From the NCBI GenBank assembly GCA_965207375.1, contig CBDBMG010000003.1, forward strand, positions 416,001 to 480,000: 64,000 bases of DNA. The letters are read 5' to 3'. The notes below the pieces were generated by a model. The model searched no databases. It was not told the origin of the DNA and was given only the letters and a program-made list of their open reading frames with translations. A program made the position numbers and the translations under genes. The DNA is from Nitrosopumilaceae archaeon (GTDB taxonomy: Archaea; Thermoproteota; Nitrososphaeria; Nitrososphaerales; Nitrosopumilaceae). Shown here one piece after another: positions 24,048 to 38,742 of the stretch (position 1 is the stretch's first letter; each line of letters opens with the position of its first letter).

Positions 24048-24620
24048 GTGACCGGCTCAGTAAAAACCAGCCATGTTCACAGCAAAACTGAAATCCGTTT
24101 TATTGCACGAGATTATATGTAGAAGCATCTATGCACAGTTACTGGCCAATGTTAGTGGGTCTGCTTTTCTGGAGGGGATTTTGCCAACCCTCTGATGTCA
24201 TGGTTAAGAGAATGGCACCTACGTATGGAGGGCATCAATTGGGTGGCCATGCTAGACACCTCCTTGGTCTTGTGGTATCATTATAATGGTATGGGTCCCA
24301 TCCGGATACTTGGTGGCTTTTCCTACTCTAAGCAACTAGTTTAACTTTTGAGTTACCACCCACCCCTCCCTCCCCTCCCTACCACCCACCCACACCCGTG
24401 CTCTGCTGGCCTAAAGTGCACACCAGAAAAAGTATCTCAAAAGCCCTGAAATCTAACCATCTGCCATTCACAAGGTTACATAACTACGTATATAAAATCT
24501 GGTAGATTATTTACTGCTGGTAATACAAGACAGCGAGAAGGTTGCTGAATATGTGGGGGGTATTACTCGAAATACATATAATCAAGTGCAAACATGGCTG
24601 GTTTTCCCAGAGCCAGTCAC
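24048..24620. mobile_element. Sola-like MITE (GTGAC...GTCAC)
   Basis: GTGACCGGCTCAGTAAAAACCAGCCATGTT / AACATGGCTGGTTTTCCCAGAGCCAGTCAC. Confidence 0.65.
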
Positions 24621-26253
24621 ATAATAGCTATCATGATCACTCACCACCCATGCAGTATTGTATACTGCATGTATTTGCTCAAGTATAGAAATGCAGCTGG
24701 GTTGCTATATACGGCATACACAAATGAAACATATTCTCTAGCACCTCTACAAGATTTAATCCCAACAACATTCATAACTATACATCATAATGCCAAAGTA
24801 GGGATTAAATCTTGTAGATATGCTAGAGAATGTGTTTCATTTGTGCATGTATGTTCTTACTTTCATTGAATTCCCTACTTTTATAATTCTTATACGTATT
24901 TCAGCCGTTTAATTTTTTGTATACAAGTAATCAAAAACTTTTACAAACAATCAAAAATATTTTTAAGCCAAAATAGTCTCGTAGCAATTGGATTCTATGG
25001 TTTCTTTTAAATGCTTCGCTATGCATGTGCCTGTAACGTTTAGTGGCCGGATTGATCAATACTAGATTGATTATAAATCACTGAATGCAATCACGCAACA
25101 TACACTTACAAGCATGGAAGGAAAACTCTCTATACACATGCGTACAAGTCACGTTTTTAGTTAGACACGCGTACTACAATGTTACAACACATTAATTACA
25201 ATCCATTACAGTGCCATGCCCTCCTTTTTAACTGAAGTATTCTGTCATGGTATGTACTAGCCAAATCCTAGAAGGACTGATAACCATTCATGCATCAGGG
25301 AAAACACTTTTGTGAATGGGTTACAATTCTAAATTCACCAAACTTCTTTACCGCCAAACTTTTTTACTGTACGGTACATACCATATACCCACATACTTCG
25401 TACCTACGTAGGTACATCATTATTTGTATAATCATGTACATAGCTAGTGCTGGCTGTACTTGTGGTACATACATACATAACTAGATAGGTAAAGTTGCAA
25501 TTACATATAATTAAACTTTACAATTCGTAAATGTAATGTACGCATGTTTGTATCAAGGGGTCATCAACTGTTGCCAAATTCGACCACTCCTGAAATCTGA
25601 ATCAAGAATTTGTTATCAATCACCAGTAAAATCTTATAAAATTACGTTTCAACAAAATATGATGATGAGTATACGTAGGTGCTGGTAAGAATGTTCTAGC
25701 ATAAATAAATGTTTCAGATGGCATTTCATGGGTAATTAAAATCTCTAATTAATAAACACCTTGTGTATTACTTAGGTTTACATTAACTACTTAGTTAATT
25801 ATTGTGTAAGAAGTTGCACTGATAAGGCATAAATTTGTATTTCACACATGGTCTGTCATGCAATGTTGCATCATTTTTTATCAATGAAATCTCAGTGAAA
25901 TCACTGAAATCAATATATAATCCAAAATCCGTGCACATCGTTTTGGAGTTGGTGACCCCCTGAAACTGTAATTTTTCGACATATGTAGCATATGTACATG
26001 TATACGTAATTATGCATCTGCTACAAAATGTGCATATACATACGTATCATTATAAAAGATTTGTCAATGGTACGTTTGATGTGCATTCCTCACATGACGG
26101 ACACATTAAGGCTGTGTAAAAATGGAAAAACAGTTATTCCAATAAAACGAAGTTCACCTTAATATCAGTGAATAACTGCTTTTAAACTGTTTTACTATAA
26201 CATGATTATTCAAGTCCTGTCTAGCTACGTGCTGCATATATATACATTTTTAG

Positions 26254-26394
26254 AGAATGAAAATCAAAATACATCAACTAAATGAAGAAGTAATTGAGAA
26301 GAATGTTAAGATGCAACTTCATCATCAGCTTGTTAATAGACACCAGGAGTCACCAAGTGCAAACAAAATATCAGTTGGCTCTCAAACAATAAAG
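26254..26394 (+). CDS. Coiled-coil/linker exon (RMKIKIHQLNEEVIEKNVK...SQTIK)
   Basis: TTTTAG / GTAAGT, phase 0-0, 141 nt open. Confidence 0.8.
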
Positions 26395-26579
26395 GTAAGT
26401 ATTACTGGTTATGTACGTACGTATGTACTATTTGTCAAATTCATCAGCACTTTCATCCACCATTTTCTATGTATCTGTATGATCTTAATTACCGTTTTCC
26501 CTACATTGTACTTCCCCCTCAATGCTTTTACTGTTAACAGTAGTAACAGTATATACGTTTTGTAGAGAGAGGTGGGTAT

Positions 26580-27616
26580 TAGTGTTGTTTTAGTAAGAGC
26601 TTGTAATTTTAGTTTTAGTTTTAGTTTTAGTAACTTATGTAGCTCAATAATTTTAGTTTTAGATTACTGAATTATTTTTAGATTAGATTTCTGAAGTATT
26701 TTTAGTAGTTTTAGTTAGATTTCTGAAAGTTTCAGTTTTAGTTAGATTTCTAGGTATTTTTAGTTTTAGTTTTAGTTATAGTTATATTTCTAAATACTTT
26801 TAGTTTTAGTAATATTTCTGAATTAATTTTAGTTTTAGTTTAATTTTAGTTAACTAAAATAAATGTCTTACTAAAATTATTTTTAGTTTTAGTATTGATT
26901 AAAAACAGGCTTAAAACAGGCTTAAACTGCATTATGTTGCACCAAATACCGTATAGCGGGTTTTATCTGCGAGGCGCAATTTCTGCGAACATACAATTTT
27001 TCAGCCCAGCAGTAATGTCTGCGATTATAAAATCTGCGAAGTGCAAATCTTCCATTCACGAGCCCACAGCGTCAGCTTCATTAAATTCTGCAAGCCCACA
27101 GCGTCTCACATAATTCGCACAAATTAGGACCTCGCAGATAAAACCCGCTATACGGTATGCCATTTGAAGACATAATTACCCTTAGTTTTATTTATGGTTT
27201 TAGTAATATTTTAATTTTAGTTTTAGTAAAAATTTACATTCTATTTTAGTTTTAGTTTTAGTTTTAGTACTGACTAACATTTAATTTTAGTTTTAATCTT
27301 AGTTTTAGTACTGATTTGCATTTTAGTTTTAGTTTTACGTAGTTTTAGTACTGACTCACAATTACTTTTAGTTTTAGTATTAGTTTTAGTACTGACTCAC
27401 AATTAATTTTAGTTTTAGTTTTAGTTTTAGTACTGACTTGCAATTAATTTTAGTTTTAGTATTAGTTTTAGTACTGACTCACAATTAATTTTAGTTTTAG
27501 TTTTAGTTTTAGTACTGTCTTACAATTAATTTTAGTTTTAGTTTTAGTTAACTAAAATATAACTGCTTTACTAAAAATATTTTTAGTTTTAGTTTTGATT
27601 AACTAAAACAATACTA
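26580..27616. mobile_element. hAT-like non-autonomous element made largely of TTTTAG repeats, 8-bp TSD GTGGGTAT
   Basis: TIR TAGTGTTGTTTTAG / CTAAAACAATACTA; TSD at 26572-26579 and 27617-27624. Confidence 0.85.
26947..27157. mobile_element. TA-flanked MITE nested in the hAT element
   Basis: TACCGTATAGCGGGTTTTATCTGCGAGG / CCTCGCAGATAAAACCCGCTATACGGTA. Confidence 0.8.
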
Positions 27617-29773
27617 GTGGGTATTCACCTCAACTTCTCACTTTCTATAGCAAGTCATAATGTGTACATACACGTATTGTGGTACCACCATTGTTACATA
27701 GCTATATGGTACCATATGTGTGGAAATACATAGCTATAACTATATAGGTATACTGCATAGTAGGTTATTAATGTAGGGCAGTTTGGCAACCCTGTGAAGC
27801 CACAATTAAGAAAATGTTGCCTACGTATATACGTGGAGAGCACCAGCATGGTGGGTATGATCTGGAATTGCTCCACTGCTAGCTATGCAGTTGGACATCT
27901 CCTTGCATGACCTAGTAGTGTGGTATAGGTATGTACATTATGGCCTTAAGTATCTACTACCGTAAAGAGTATATAATAGAGAAGAGAGTATCATATGAAG
28001 ATTGAGCTCTCTTGTTACCATATAGCTACGTACGTACCTGGTAATATCAATAGCTTTAAAATTTGACAAATAACCAAAAAGTAGCAACTGACTGAATTTT
28101 TAGTTTGATGAAATGGTCCATTAGCTCAAGTACGTATTAATGTCACATGATCTTTATTGCTCATGTGAATGCTATTACAGAGATGTATGAAATGGTGTAC
28201 ATGAATTTGGCCTTGATGTATTCTTTGTCAAGTAATTTGCCCAACAGTAGCGGCCTGTTTCCTGGCTTCTTTGTTGCTAGCACTCTACTGATTGGCATTT
28301 ATACGTACCTAGCTATGGCTAACTATGTATCTTGTTTAGCACTCGTGGCCTGGGGCACTTTTAGATATTGGGTTCTCAGTATTCTTGCTGTTGCTTTATG
28401 AATGTGTTTACCCCAAAGTTTCAAAAAGTACCTAGAAGAATTAGTGGGTCTATTTTCAGCTGCATACGGTAGGTTGCGTATTATAATTGTTATTACGCTG
28501 TAGCACAATAAAATCGGCTGTCTCAGCATACTGTTCTCTCCATGGTTTTCTCAGTAATGATCTCAGGCTAGCACTGTTGCTATTTACTAGCAAAAGCCTG
28601 CTTGGACCGATCTTTATTACAATTATCCTACCAGCAATGCTGATTATAATGCACCATTCCATCAAAAATCACTAAGACTGGAGCTAAAGTGTATTTGAAA
28701 GCTCATTCGAGATTGCATTAAAATCCCAGTCGTCGATTCAGTCTCACAAACCTACCGTTTCACACCCCTTCAGTACTCATTTCGAATTAAACCCCTGTTA
28801 AATTGCAAGCTGTAAGTGTGATAATATGATCTGCAATGCTAAGGGCCCTTCACCAAGGTTGTTCGCTGGAAATCAGTTCGAGGACATGCATAACTCCATA
28901 CGTTTCAATACAAACGCGCTTGTCCTTATTCTCGGTATGAAGTTTTGGGATGTCATAAACCACAATGTTATAAAACTGCTGTAGTAGCTAAACTAAGCAG
29001 AATATCACCAAATTATACATACCATTCATCATTACTATCACTAAGCTACATTATAAGCATAAGTCAATTTTCCATTTCAGTTGACCTTTAAGATTGTCAT
29101 TAATAAAAAAAAACAAATATCCAAGGTATTCGATGTTCATCAGAAGGATCTGATTTCTGCAACACATATCCTAAAGGAAAAAACTGATACTGTTATAGCT
29201 GTCTGCTTTGGCCAATTGATGTTAGTAATGTGAGTAATGCATCGTCACTGCCAACAAAGACAGAAATTGAGCAAACTAACAGATAAGTAGTTAGCCATTA
29301 ACTAGAATTCCATACTGTACCAGATCTGTGTTGATAGGTTTCCATGTAAGCCGTCCCAAAATATAGGCATGTAGCTACTACATAAATTATAAGCACATAC
29401 TACCTATTTTACTAGGCAACTTACATATATGCTCACATGAAACCAGAGTGAACACTTATACTTTGGGTCAGTTCGTACGGAAACGAATCTACACAAAGTA
29501 ACATATGGAATTCTACTAACCACCAAACTTCTGGCGAAATCGATTATACATAAAGTAAGCATGATACGATGAGTTTTAAGGGCGCTGATAGCTACAGCAA
29601 ACAATTTTGATGGCTGTTCCAATAGTACAGATGGGTTTTGAGTAGTGTTTGTGATAGAAGTACTGTGAGAGGTAGAAGTACATACAGGTAATAATAGTTG
29701 CTAAGTCATGCAACACTTTTTGTATGCAATGCTTTAATCATTTTACTAGCTACAACTACCTATAGGAGTATAT

Positions 29774-30032
29774 GTGACCCAGCATGAGAAAATGGGTCTT
29801 ATGTACACATAAAATTTGACCACATTTTTGGATTTCAAAATTATATAACTTTCTATGTGAACACAGGAATCTAACACAGTTTTCACCACTTATGCAGCAG
29901 TTACTAAGTAGCTAATCTCATGCAGCTTACAGATTTTGAAAATCTTATACAATAAGGAAGATACGTACTTACTACAATATATTAACAGGTGTATTTTGTG
30001 TGCATAAGCCCAGTTTTCTCATGCCGGGTCAC
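29774..30032. mobile_element. Sola-like MITE, TSD ATAT
   Basis: GTGACCCAGCATGAGAAAA / TTTTCTCATGCCGGGTCAC. Same family in reverse orientation at 38378-38613. Confidence 0.75.
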
Positions 30033-31091
30033 ATATATCATGTGCTGAGGTGTGGATAGAATGAGCTGTCTCCACTGTATATATAGTATAGTATTATAAA
30101 GGTCACATGATCTCATAGAAACAAGAACACTGACTTGCATTAAAGGTCGATTGAGAAGCCGAATTTCAGATGGGTAAAACACAAGGTGCATAGAATTGTT
30201 ATGCAGAGGGCAAATAGGGGAGATCGAGGAGGTGATAGACCCTAGGCCTAGAACAGACCTACGGTAGGTTGCAAAAAGTTAACATTTTGTTGTGATTACG
30301 ATTGTACTACAAAGTAAAGTTGTAAGATTAGCCGTAATTACAATATTCTTGAAATCGTTATAACCAAGTGTCATGCGTAATTACGCGAAATGTAATTTTT
30401 GCAGTGAAGCATGGCCCTTAACACAATCATTGTGATGCCTTTCTTTCAGAACCGGAAATAATATATTCCTTGCTAACACCCAGGGACGTATATATTTATA
30501 AACATCTAATAATTAAAAGGTCTGTTCATGTGCAAGCAGCATTGTAATTGGGGCGAGCCTGAGCAAGCCCCACACTAGCAGATCACCCACGTAACTTTTG
30601 TGTCGTTGACCATGTGCAAACAACTACAAAAAAACCAGAAAACTCACCAGCACTTCCATATTTGTTCGTGTCGTCAACCATGCCACGGTGAAATATACAA
30701 CGTAGATTACAGCACTTCTATATTTGTTCGTGTCGTATGGTAAAATATACGGCATAGATTACAACACTGCCATATTTGTTCATGTACTTAGAATTGGTGG
30801 TGCCAGTTTCCTCCATTGCGGGGTTACTGATTCTATATAATTTGAACACAGTGACACAGTCCTTAATAACTAATCGATAGCTGTCATGGTGCCTTAGTTA
30901 GAGCATTTACAATTTTCAGAGCAGTGCTACACGTAAATAACTCACTCATTCGTTGCATACAGCTGCTGCTTCTTGGCCTTACGACTCTGGCTATACCACA
31001 ACATATTCTATGTTCTTTAAAATATATGCATATATGTAGTAATAAGCTATTCTTGTATTGATAGTAATTAATTATTATACAATGTTATTAG

Positions 31092-31382
31092 ATACCAGAT
31101 TCTAGCAAATGTGAAGTGACTATACCAACAGTGACAATAAACAAGGAAGCTACATTGGTGATAATACTTAGAGACAGTGATGATGATCCTGTGTTTGATA
31201 TAAGTGAAAAATTAACTATGACTATAGTATTTCATAAAACCATGGAATCTACATTTGTAAAACCAATCAAGGAAGTGGGTGATGGAAGATATGAAGCATC
31301 ATTCACTGCCAGTAGATGTGGATATTACATGATATCCATCATTGTTGATGGACACCACATTCCAGGCAGTCCATACAAGTAA
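31092..31382 (+). CDS. Filamin/ABP280 repeat exon (last identifiable exon of the death-fold gene)
   Basis: TATTAG acceptor, phase 0. IPDSSKCEV...LRDSDDDP...DGRYEASFTASRCGYYMISIIVDGHHIPGSPYK is the filamin signature. Ends at TAA or at a phase-2 donor AA|GTAAAG. Confidence 0.85.
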   Translation: MPDSSKCEVTIPTVTINKEATLVIILRDSDDDPVFDISEKLTMTIVFHKTMESTFVKPIKEVGDGRYEASFTASRCGYYMISIIVDGHHIPGSPYK

Positions 31383-31914
31383 AGAATTGTGTGTGATGTG
31401 TTGTATTATTTGAATGACTAATGTAGAAATACAGCTATTATTAAATTATCAATAAAGCCAATATGAAAATATAGTAGAGCAATAAATTGAACGTTTTCAA
31501 TCATTTGAGAAAGTAAAGCAGTGTTGCACACCTTAATGACTCTTTAGAGAAAATCCTAACTACGTATAAGCTTCATACTTTTATGCTATTGTACGTAGAT
31601 AATCATGTAATTGATCACTTTTACAATTTTGTGTGGATTACATAAGTTAGTACTTTTAGTTTCCCAACCCCTATGCACATTTTCATTTTAACAATGCATT
31701 TGAACCAAATACTGCAGATATTATGTACAAGTTTGCAGAACACATATGAAGTTGTTAAACTCAATGGTTAAAAACACTCTAATACCACACACATTATATT
31801 AAGCAATCTAATAGAACTATCAATTCAACTTTGTATACTGAAAAAGTTGATGTTTTACCATCAAAATCCAGCCGCTGTATAAGTTTGACTACTGTTAATC
31901 AATTGATATTGTTA

Positions 31915-33085
31915 ATTACGGGATGACATTAAACTCAAAATGTCCCTGCTGAGTTGAAAATGCTGTTTTCTCCTTGTCACTTTCCTCTACAGCTACGTAC
32001 CTGCCAATAACCAGACATTAAATTTAAGGTAGTAAAATACATACATAGGTGCCACCTGCAAGCAAGTCAAGGGTGGAGTCAATTCTTTCTAATAGATGTG
32101 CATCACAGTGAGTAATGGCATTTAATTTCTGAAGTATAGTCAACACAAAATTGCCATGTATTGTCTTTTTTTGCACCATGACGACAGGAGAGGACCACGG
32201 GCTGTTGCTAGGTCGTACTATGTTGTGATCAAGCATGTGTTGTACTGTGGTATTCTTCAAAGCTTCAGGTAATCTTCGGAGAGACTGGCAAATGGGAGCC
32301 CCCATTGTGGGTATGAAATGCTTAACAACAGAAGTTTGGCCAACTGGGCCTTGTATGAGCTCAGATTGTTCATTAGTGGTTAGATGGGAAAGATCCAGAG
32401 AATCTGTTAATGGATCATTGCGGTGGATTGATGAAGTATTCTGAGAAACTAGTACGTAATACACTTTGTTTAGGCGTGACTAAGGCCAGCTTCATTCCTT
32501 GTATATATAATGTGGTGGCTGTTGGGCTGACATCCATGACTTGTAATAATTATAACTTCATTGTCACCAATCAATGGGCTTAAAGAACATGCTACACAAA
32601 AATTAGTTGAACTATTGTTCAGGGGTTCTATTAGAAAGGACTTGACAACATGTTCTGAATTAATTTTCCCAGTGATGAGTGTACAGTCATCGCTGCAACA
32701 ATGTGGCAGACATCAACTCTTCCGCAGGGTAGGCCTCCTTAAATAACTCTTTTAGTTTAACCACAAAGTCTGCAACCTTTTCTTCTGGCCATTGAGAGTG
32801 CGACATGAAGATCTGGCTGGAAACTAAACAATCGCACACCAGCGCTAGCCCAGCTTTAGTCATCAGTGATGTCTTCAGCCTTTCCAAATCTCCTCGGGTT
32901 ACTTCATCAAATTCGGCATAATAGTCAACTAATTTCCCTCGTAAAAGTGTTGGTAGGATAACATTCTGTCTATCCACATTCCACTGTTTAGCACTTGTAA
33001 CCGACTGGAATCATGTCCAAGCTCTATGAAAATCGTCAACAGTTATATCGGGAAGAGGTAAATCCAGTTGTCCACTTCTGACACA
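31915..33085 (-). mobile_element. Ty3/Gypsy gag-pol relic
   Basis: gag-like ILPTLLRGKLVDYY; RT IVRPSNSPWSSPVVMVQKK, KLNAITHCDAH..RID, GYWQV, DKEKTAFST..GHFEFNV with frameshifts. Confidence 0.85.
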
Positions 33086-33218
33086 AATGTACCAAAGGTC
33101 TATATGATACATACTAATAAAGTAACAATGGCATACAACAACTACACATGTACAGCAACGAATGTTCTAGATTATAAATCACATGATACATATTAAATAA
33201 TAAATACAATGTTACATT

Positions 33219-33570
<352 letters not shown>

Positions 33571-33931
33571 TATTCTTTTTTGGCTTCTTTTATAGTAATA
33601 CTAACACTAATCTATGGTGTAACTAAATTAGCACTTAACAGCCTGACTTAACTCATAGACAATATACTATCTTCCTCATCCACTGAATTCCCGCTATATG
33701 GTACGGGTAGTCACCAGCACTACATGGTATGCCAAATACAATCTGCATGACTATACATACATACAACCAGGAAGCCTCACACAAAAGTATGAGGCTTTTC
33801 GTCCCTTATATTTTACATGGCAGGACTCCTCAGCTGGTGCCATGATACAGTAGCAGTGCTTATGATAAGGATTAAAAATTGTCCAGACATTGGTTTTTCT
33901 ATTAGAAATTTAATGACTTTCCCATTGATAA

Positions 33932-34142
33932 TACCGTATGAGATGAAAAATTGGCGAGAATTTAAGTTGGCGAATAGCCATTTGATAAGAGATTGGTGAA
34001 TTTAATATTGGCGAATTGTGGCGTTACCAATTCTTGCAAAAATAATGGTTGATCGATATTGGCGGCATTAAATTTGGCAGATTTTTGCAATTCGCCAAAC
34101 CGCCAAATTAAATTCCATGTCAAATTTTCATCTCATATGGTA
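33932..34142. mobile_element. TA-flanked MITE
   Basis: TACCGTATGAGATGAAAA / TTTTCATCTCATATGGTA. Confidence 0.7.
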
Positions 34143-34383
34143 TATAGAATATCTGACTGACCAAATTTGGTTTGACCGGTCAAATGCTTAAATTGGCCGG
34201 AAAATGTCTGATGACTGGCCATTATCATAAGCACTGTCTGATAGGTATGATAAACAAACAATATGGGTATTAGGGTATTAGTGGGCTCTATAGAACTGAG
34301 AGATTTACGTAATCACCACATAGTCGGCAAGTTTGGTGAGTCATACAAGATTCACTTTTTTGGTTGAATCTATCCACTTACTA

Positions 34384-35212
34384 CTGGGGCGGATCCAGGG
34401 ATTTCAAAGGGGGGGTGCACAATCAGACATATACATGTATACATCATACAGAGTGTCCTAGCCTAGAGGGAGGTTCTAAATCTGGTATGATCACACAAAT
34501 AAAGTGAAACTTGTAGTTATTGTGCGGAGCACAATCAGCATGCGTAGCATGCTAATACTAGGGGGTCTGGGGGCATGCCCCCCAGGAAAATTTTGAAAAA
34601 TAGATGCTCTGAGATGGCATTTGGGGGCATTTCTGAGTGTTTGCTAGCTAGAGCACTATGTACATTTAATTCAAGAGTGAAATAAAATTTTGACTAAACT
34701 ATATACGTAGCTATAGCTATATGTATATCTTTAAAAACTACATATGAATTAGTTAGCTAGCTACTCATCAGGCTCTAACAGATTAGAATGATCTGATGCA
34801 TCATCTTCTCTATCATTCTCAGGCTCTAACCTGTTGCACAAATATAATCAAACTGCCTGTTAACTAGTCTAGCTTCCTTTACAAGTTACATTACCTTTGG
34901 AAATAATCAAACAATTTCCTTTGCTTTGGGGCTGGAGGAGCAGATGCCATGCGCTAAACAAATTAACATGCGAGTGGGCACTAATTAGAGTAACGAACGA
35001 AACTATTAAGATGAAGCTTCCACCATTGATTAAAAGATATCCAAGGCTTTAACTGTTTATTCTATATGTATAAGGTATAATCTATAGAGATAGCTGGTTA
35101 AATAGTTAATTGGGATACTAGTTTGCTGTCAAGGTTGTAGCTTTGACATAGTGAATTAAGAAATGGGAGGGGGGGCACGTGCCCCATGTGCCCCCCTCTG
35201 GATCCGCCACTG
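34384..35212. mobile_element. Non-autonomous DNA transposon with 5-bp TSD TACTA (hAT5-like)
   Basis: CTGGGGCGGATCCAG / CTGGATCCGCCACTG; TACTA on both sides. Confidence 0.75.
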
Positions 35213-37649
35213 TACTATCACAAGCTTAAACAAAGGGTACACTCTATAAATCCAAGTAACAAGACAATGTTGGGATATTCAGAGCTAATGTATACCATTT
35301 GCACTGTATGGTAAATTCAATAAATGACACAAAAAATTGCCATGTTAGGTAACAAGCTTATGATCAACCTTGGTGTGCATTAAATAGAGTAATCAATAAG
35401 ATTGCTTTAACAACTATATTAAGGCATTTACCAGTGCCCTACTATTCCGCTGCTTATGTGTACACACATACACAATATATAGATGACACAACATTCATGA
35501 TATAGCGTAACAGTATCAAAAGTTGTTCATCAAATAGATTTTATGGAATTATGGAACGTACGCTATTAACTATTTTGTCTATTACATTACAATACTGTAG
35601 GCCTCGCAGCTGTTCTTGTATGGAATTATACCAGATCTACTGTAGTGCCTCAAATCCACTATAGAATCATCAATGAACAACCCAGCTGCGTACGTTTATC
35701 ACTCAAAGAATTTCCAGAACAGTTAACTGGTGCCCAATACAAGGCTGATACATACACAAAGAATTACAGCAGTTTACTGACACTTCACTATAATGGCAAC
35801 ATGTGACATATTAAAACAACTCTCAAGATTTAAATGCTCTTTTATACCTATACATACAAGATTTGATTATGGGTTTATTACACAACATTTCTTTAGCCAT
35901 TGTAAACCATTTGACTACTGATATCCAATAACTCAAAACTGAGATAGTTTCTACTTCATTGCACATACACACCTTATATGAGTTCTAAATATTGCAAAAC
36001 TTGTCATGATAAGTGCCAATTATTACGATATTGCGTATGTAAGCTCCCACTGCACAACCAACTAATTCTCATGATGAGCACGTCACACGACAGGTACTCT
36101 ATAAATGCATCGATCGAAATGTGCCATACCTACTTTCATAACCAACACCTCACACTTTTGTTAATAATATATAACCACTAAAAACAGTTAAATTAATACC
36201 CGATACAACATTACCTTAGTCTGTTTAAAAAGATCATTACGATTGGCTTTGTTTATAAAGACATGCCCACCATTAGTATCTATCCAGGACATCTTCAACT
36301 AAGTGTTGGAAAAATTAAAAACTTACTTAATGCACTATATATCATGCACTAATCAGTAAAATCACCCAAGGCACTTGTTACAAGACACTTGTAACTGTAC
36401 TCTTGCGTGTGCATGCAATAAACACGCAAGTCATACTGAGAGACACGGAGAAAAAATGTAAATTTCACCATACGAGTGTCAAGATTGAGTTGATCTGATA
36501 ACTAGACAAATAGATTTTGCAATTGTATTTTGCTATAATACAGCTACTTTTTTATTGCTAACAAGTGCCTGTAAACAAACATAATTAAGTGGGTGCCTTC
36601 AGTCATATTGTAGCATGTGATTCCATATTTGTGATCAGATTTGCGAAAACATTTATACGTAGTTCACACATTCAATTTTTCAAATTTGAAGATTCATAAA
36701 TCTGTTAGGGATGAACCCCATTTTAGGCATATGGCTAGTTTAAGATAATAAAGTAACTACACACATTACACAAACAAATCTAGAGGTAGAGCTACATTTA
36801 GTAAACTTATTAAGTATTAAGAGTGGGCAGAATTTCATTGTCCATATAAGAGATTTGATTGTGGGTTTAAGTTTTTTAAAATCTGTATATCATTTTTGTA
36901 GTAACAAGTAGTAGAGAAAATATTTTGTTCCCTCTAAATTTCAGTATAATCACCAGATCTAATAAAGTAGCGTAGGCTACCAAATATCGGCCAGTATCTA
37001 TTATCACCAATTTTCGTAATGCATTAAAGCTTGCACAAGATACGTACACAAAGGATTACTAGAATTGCAGTATATTAACAACAGAATTAATCAGAAACCA
37101 CTTCAATAATCAATAGTCCTACAGTATTCATGAGTACCAAGAAACCATGGGAAAGTTGTTAAAGAGTTTCTTAACATAAAAATACGTGTATCGTTATAAT
37201 GTGACAATGGAAACACATAGTAATGCCAAAACCACATGATTTACTTGACAAAATATCCTTCACATTCTGCAAAAAATATATCTACTAGAAGTTATGGCAC
37301 AAAGTTTAAGCACTGGTTGATAATTGATATTGCAAAAAGTACAGGTGGCCGATAATAGATCACAGTGGATGATAATTGAAAGATCACATGCGCAAGCGTT
37401 TTACGTCACAGACGCTGTGATGATGTCATTAACATAAAAATTGGTTTCCAATGTGATCAAAGAATGTGCTATTGAGTAGTGAAAACCGGAAGTCTGTAGG
37501 ATAATCGCTCGCTAAGGTAAGCCATTAGAAGGAAGTGTTGGTGATTTTATGCTAGAGCTCACATCAATCTTTTCCTTCTCTAATATCACCTCCAAGCCAA
37601 ACTTACTAATCTTTTACGTATGTCACAAACTTCCATTACTACAATAGCA

Positions 37650-37717
37650 TCAACCAAAGCCATGCTCCTTGAAGTTGAAGTACTCAAGAGTAACAGTGTA
37701 CAAACTCACATGATCAC
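37650..37717 (-). pseudogene. Exon-like segment (GDHVSLYTVTLEYFNFKEHGFG*) of an unidentified, duplicated gene
   Basis: AG acceptor and the same reading frame in four copies (~37650, 50762, 55954, 59337). Confidence 0.4.
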
Positions 37718-38742
37718 CTGCTAATTCATAATTGTGCTCACATGCATACAATTTATTAATTTCAGTCACAGCTAGACAGCAAGGTTTCCTCGTGTACATA
37801 TACTAAATTTGATTCATGCACGTACACAGCGCACAAATAAACCATCATATGCAGGCTAAATTTCATGACAGTCTTTCATCTTCTTGGCTCCTTCCGTAAG
37901 AAGTTCCTCCCTTTCATGTAGGGCCACCATGAATACAGAGGAATAATCCCTAAATGCATTCTTACTAGTTTAATAATTTACAAGTTAGCAAAGTATTGTA
38001 TAGTCTTTTGAATGTTTGACATGTAAAATGGTATTTGATGATATTCTGATATGCAACTGATAACCTTACTTTTCACAAAATGTGTGGAGGAATGCATGTG
38101 CAGTAATTTTGAAACAAATTTAAGTTTGTGTAAGTACAGTATGTCATGCCTTAATGAGTCATATACCTGCTTGTAAAGATTTTCATCACCTGACGTATGC
38201 ATTATGCATTCCTATCAAGAGATAAATTTATTAATCACATTTATCAACCTAGCACACATACCAAAAAACCAAATAATTCCCTATAAAATTTTGTGACAGT
38301 CAAACATATCCAACACTTTTATATGTGCACGTGTATGTGTATGTACACATTATTTCTATTACAGAGTGGTATTATATGTGACCCGGCATGAGAAAACTGG
38401 GCTTATGTACACAACACACACCTATTCACATTATGGTACCTATTTCCTTTATTATATAAGAGTTAAAAAATTTGTAAGCTGCAGGAAATTCCCTATTGAG
38501 TGCTGTATAAATGGTAAAAATTGTGTTAGATTCCTTTATTCACACAAAAAGTTGAAATCCACCTCAAATTTCATGTGCACATACGTAAGTCCTGTTTTCT
38601 CATGCCGTGTCACGTATTATGAACTCTTAACTGGATATAAAGTATTTTGCTGGGAGGATCAAAGACAAAAAGTGATATAAAGTTGCAAGGTGGAAAGTAT
38701 AGCATTCTTTGGAAAATAAAGGAAACTATTTGCATAATATTT

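Noticed and set aside
26600-27600. Interstitial telomere
   Set aside because: Unit is TTTTAG rather than TTAGGG, and it is bounded by TIRs and an 8-bp TSD.
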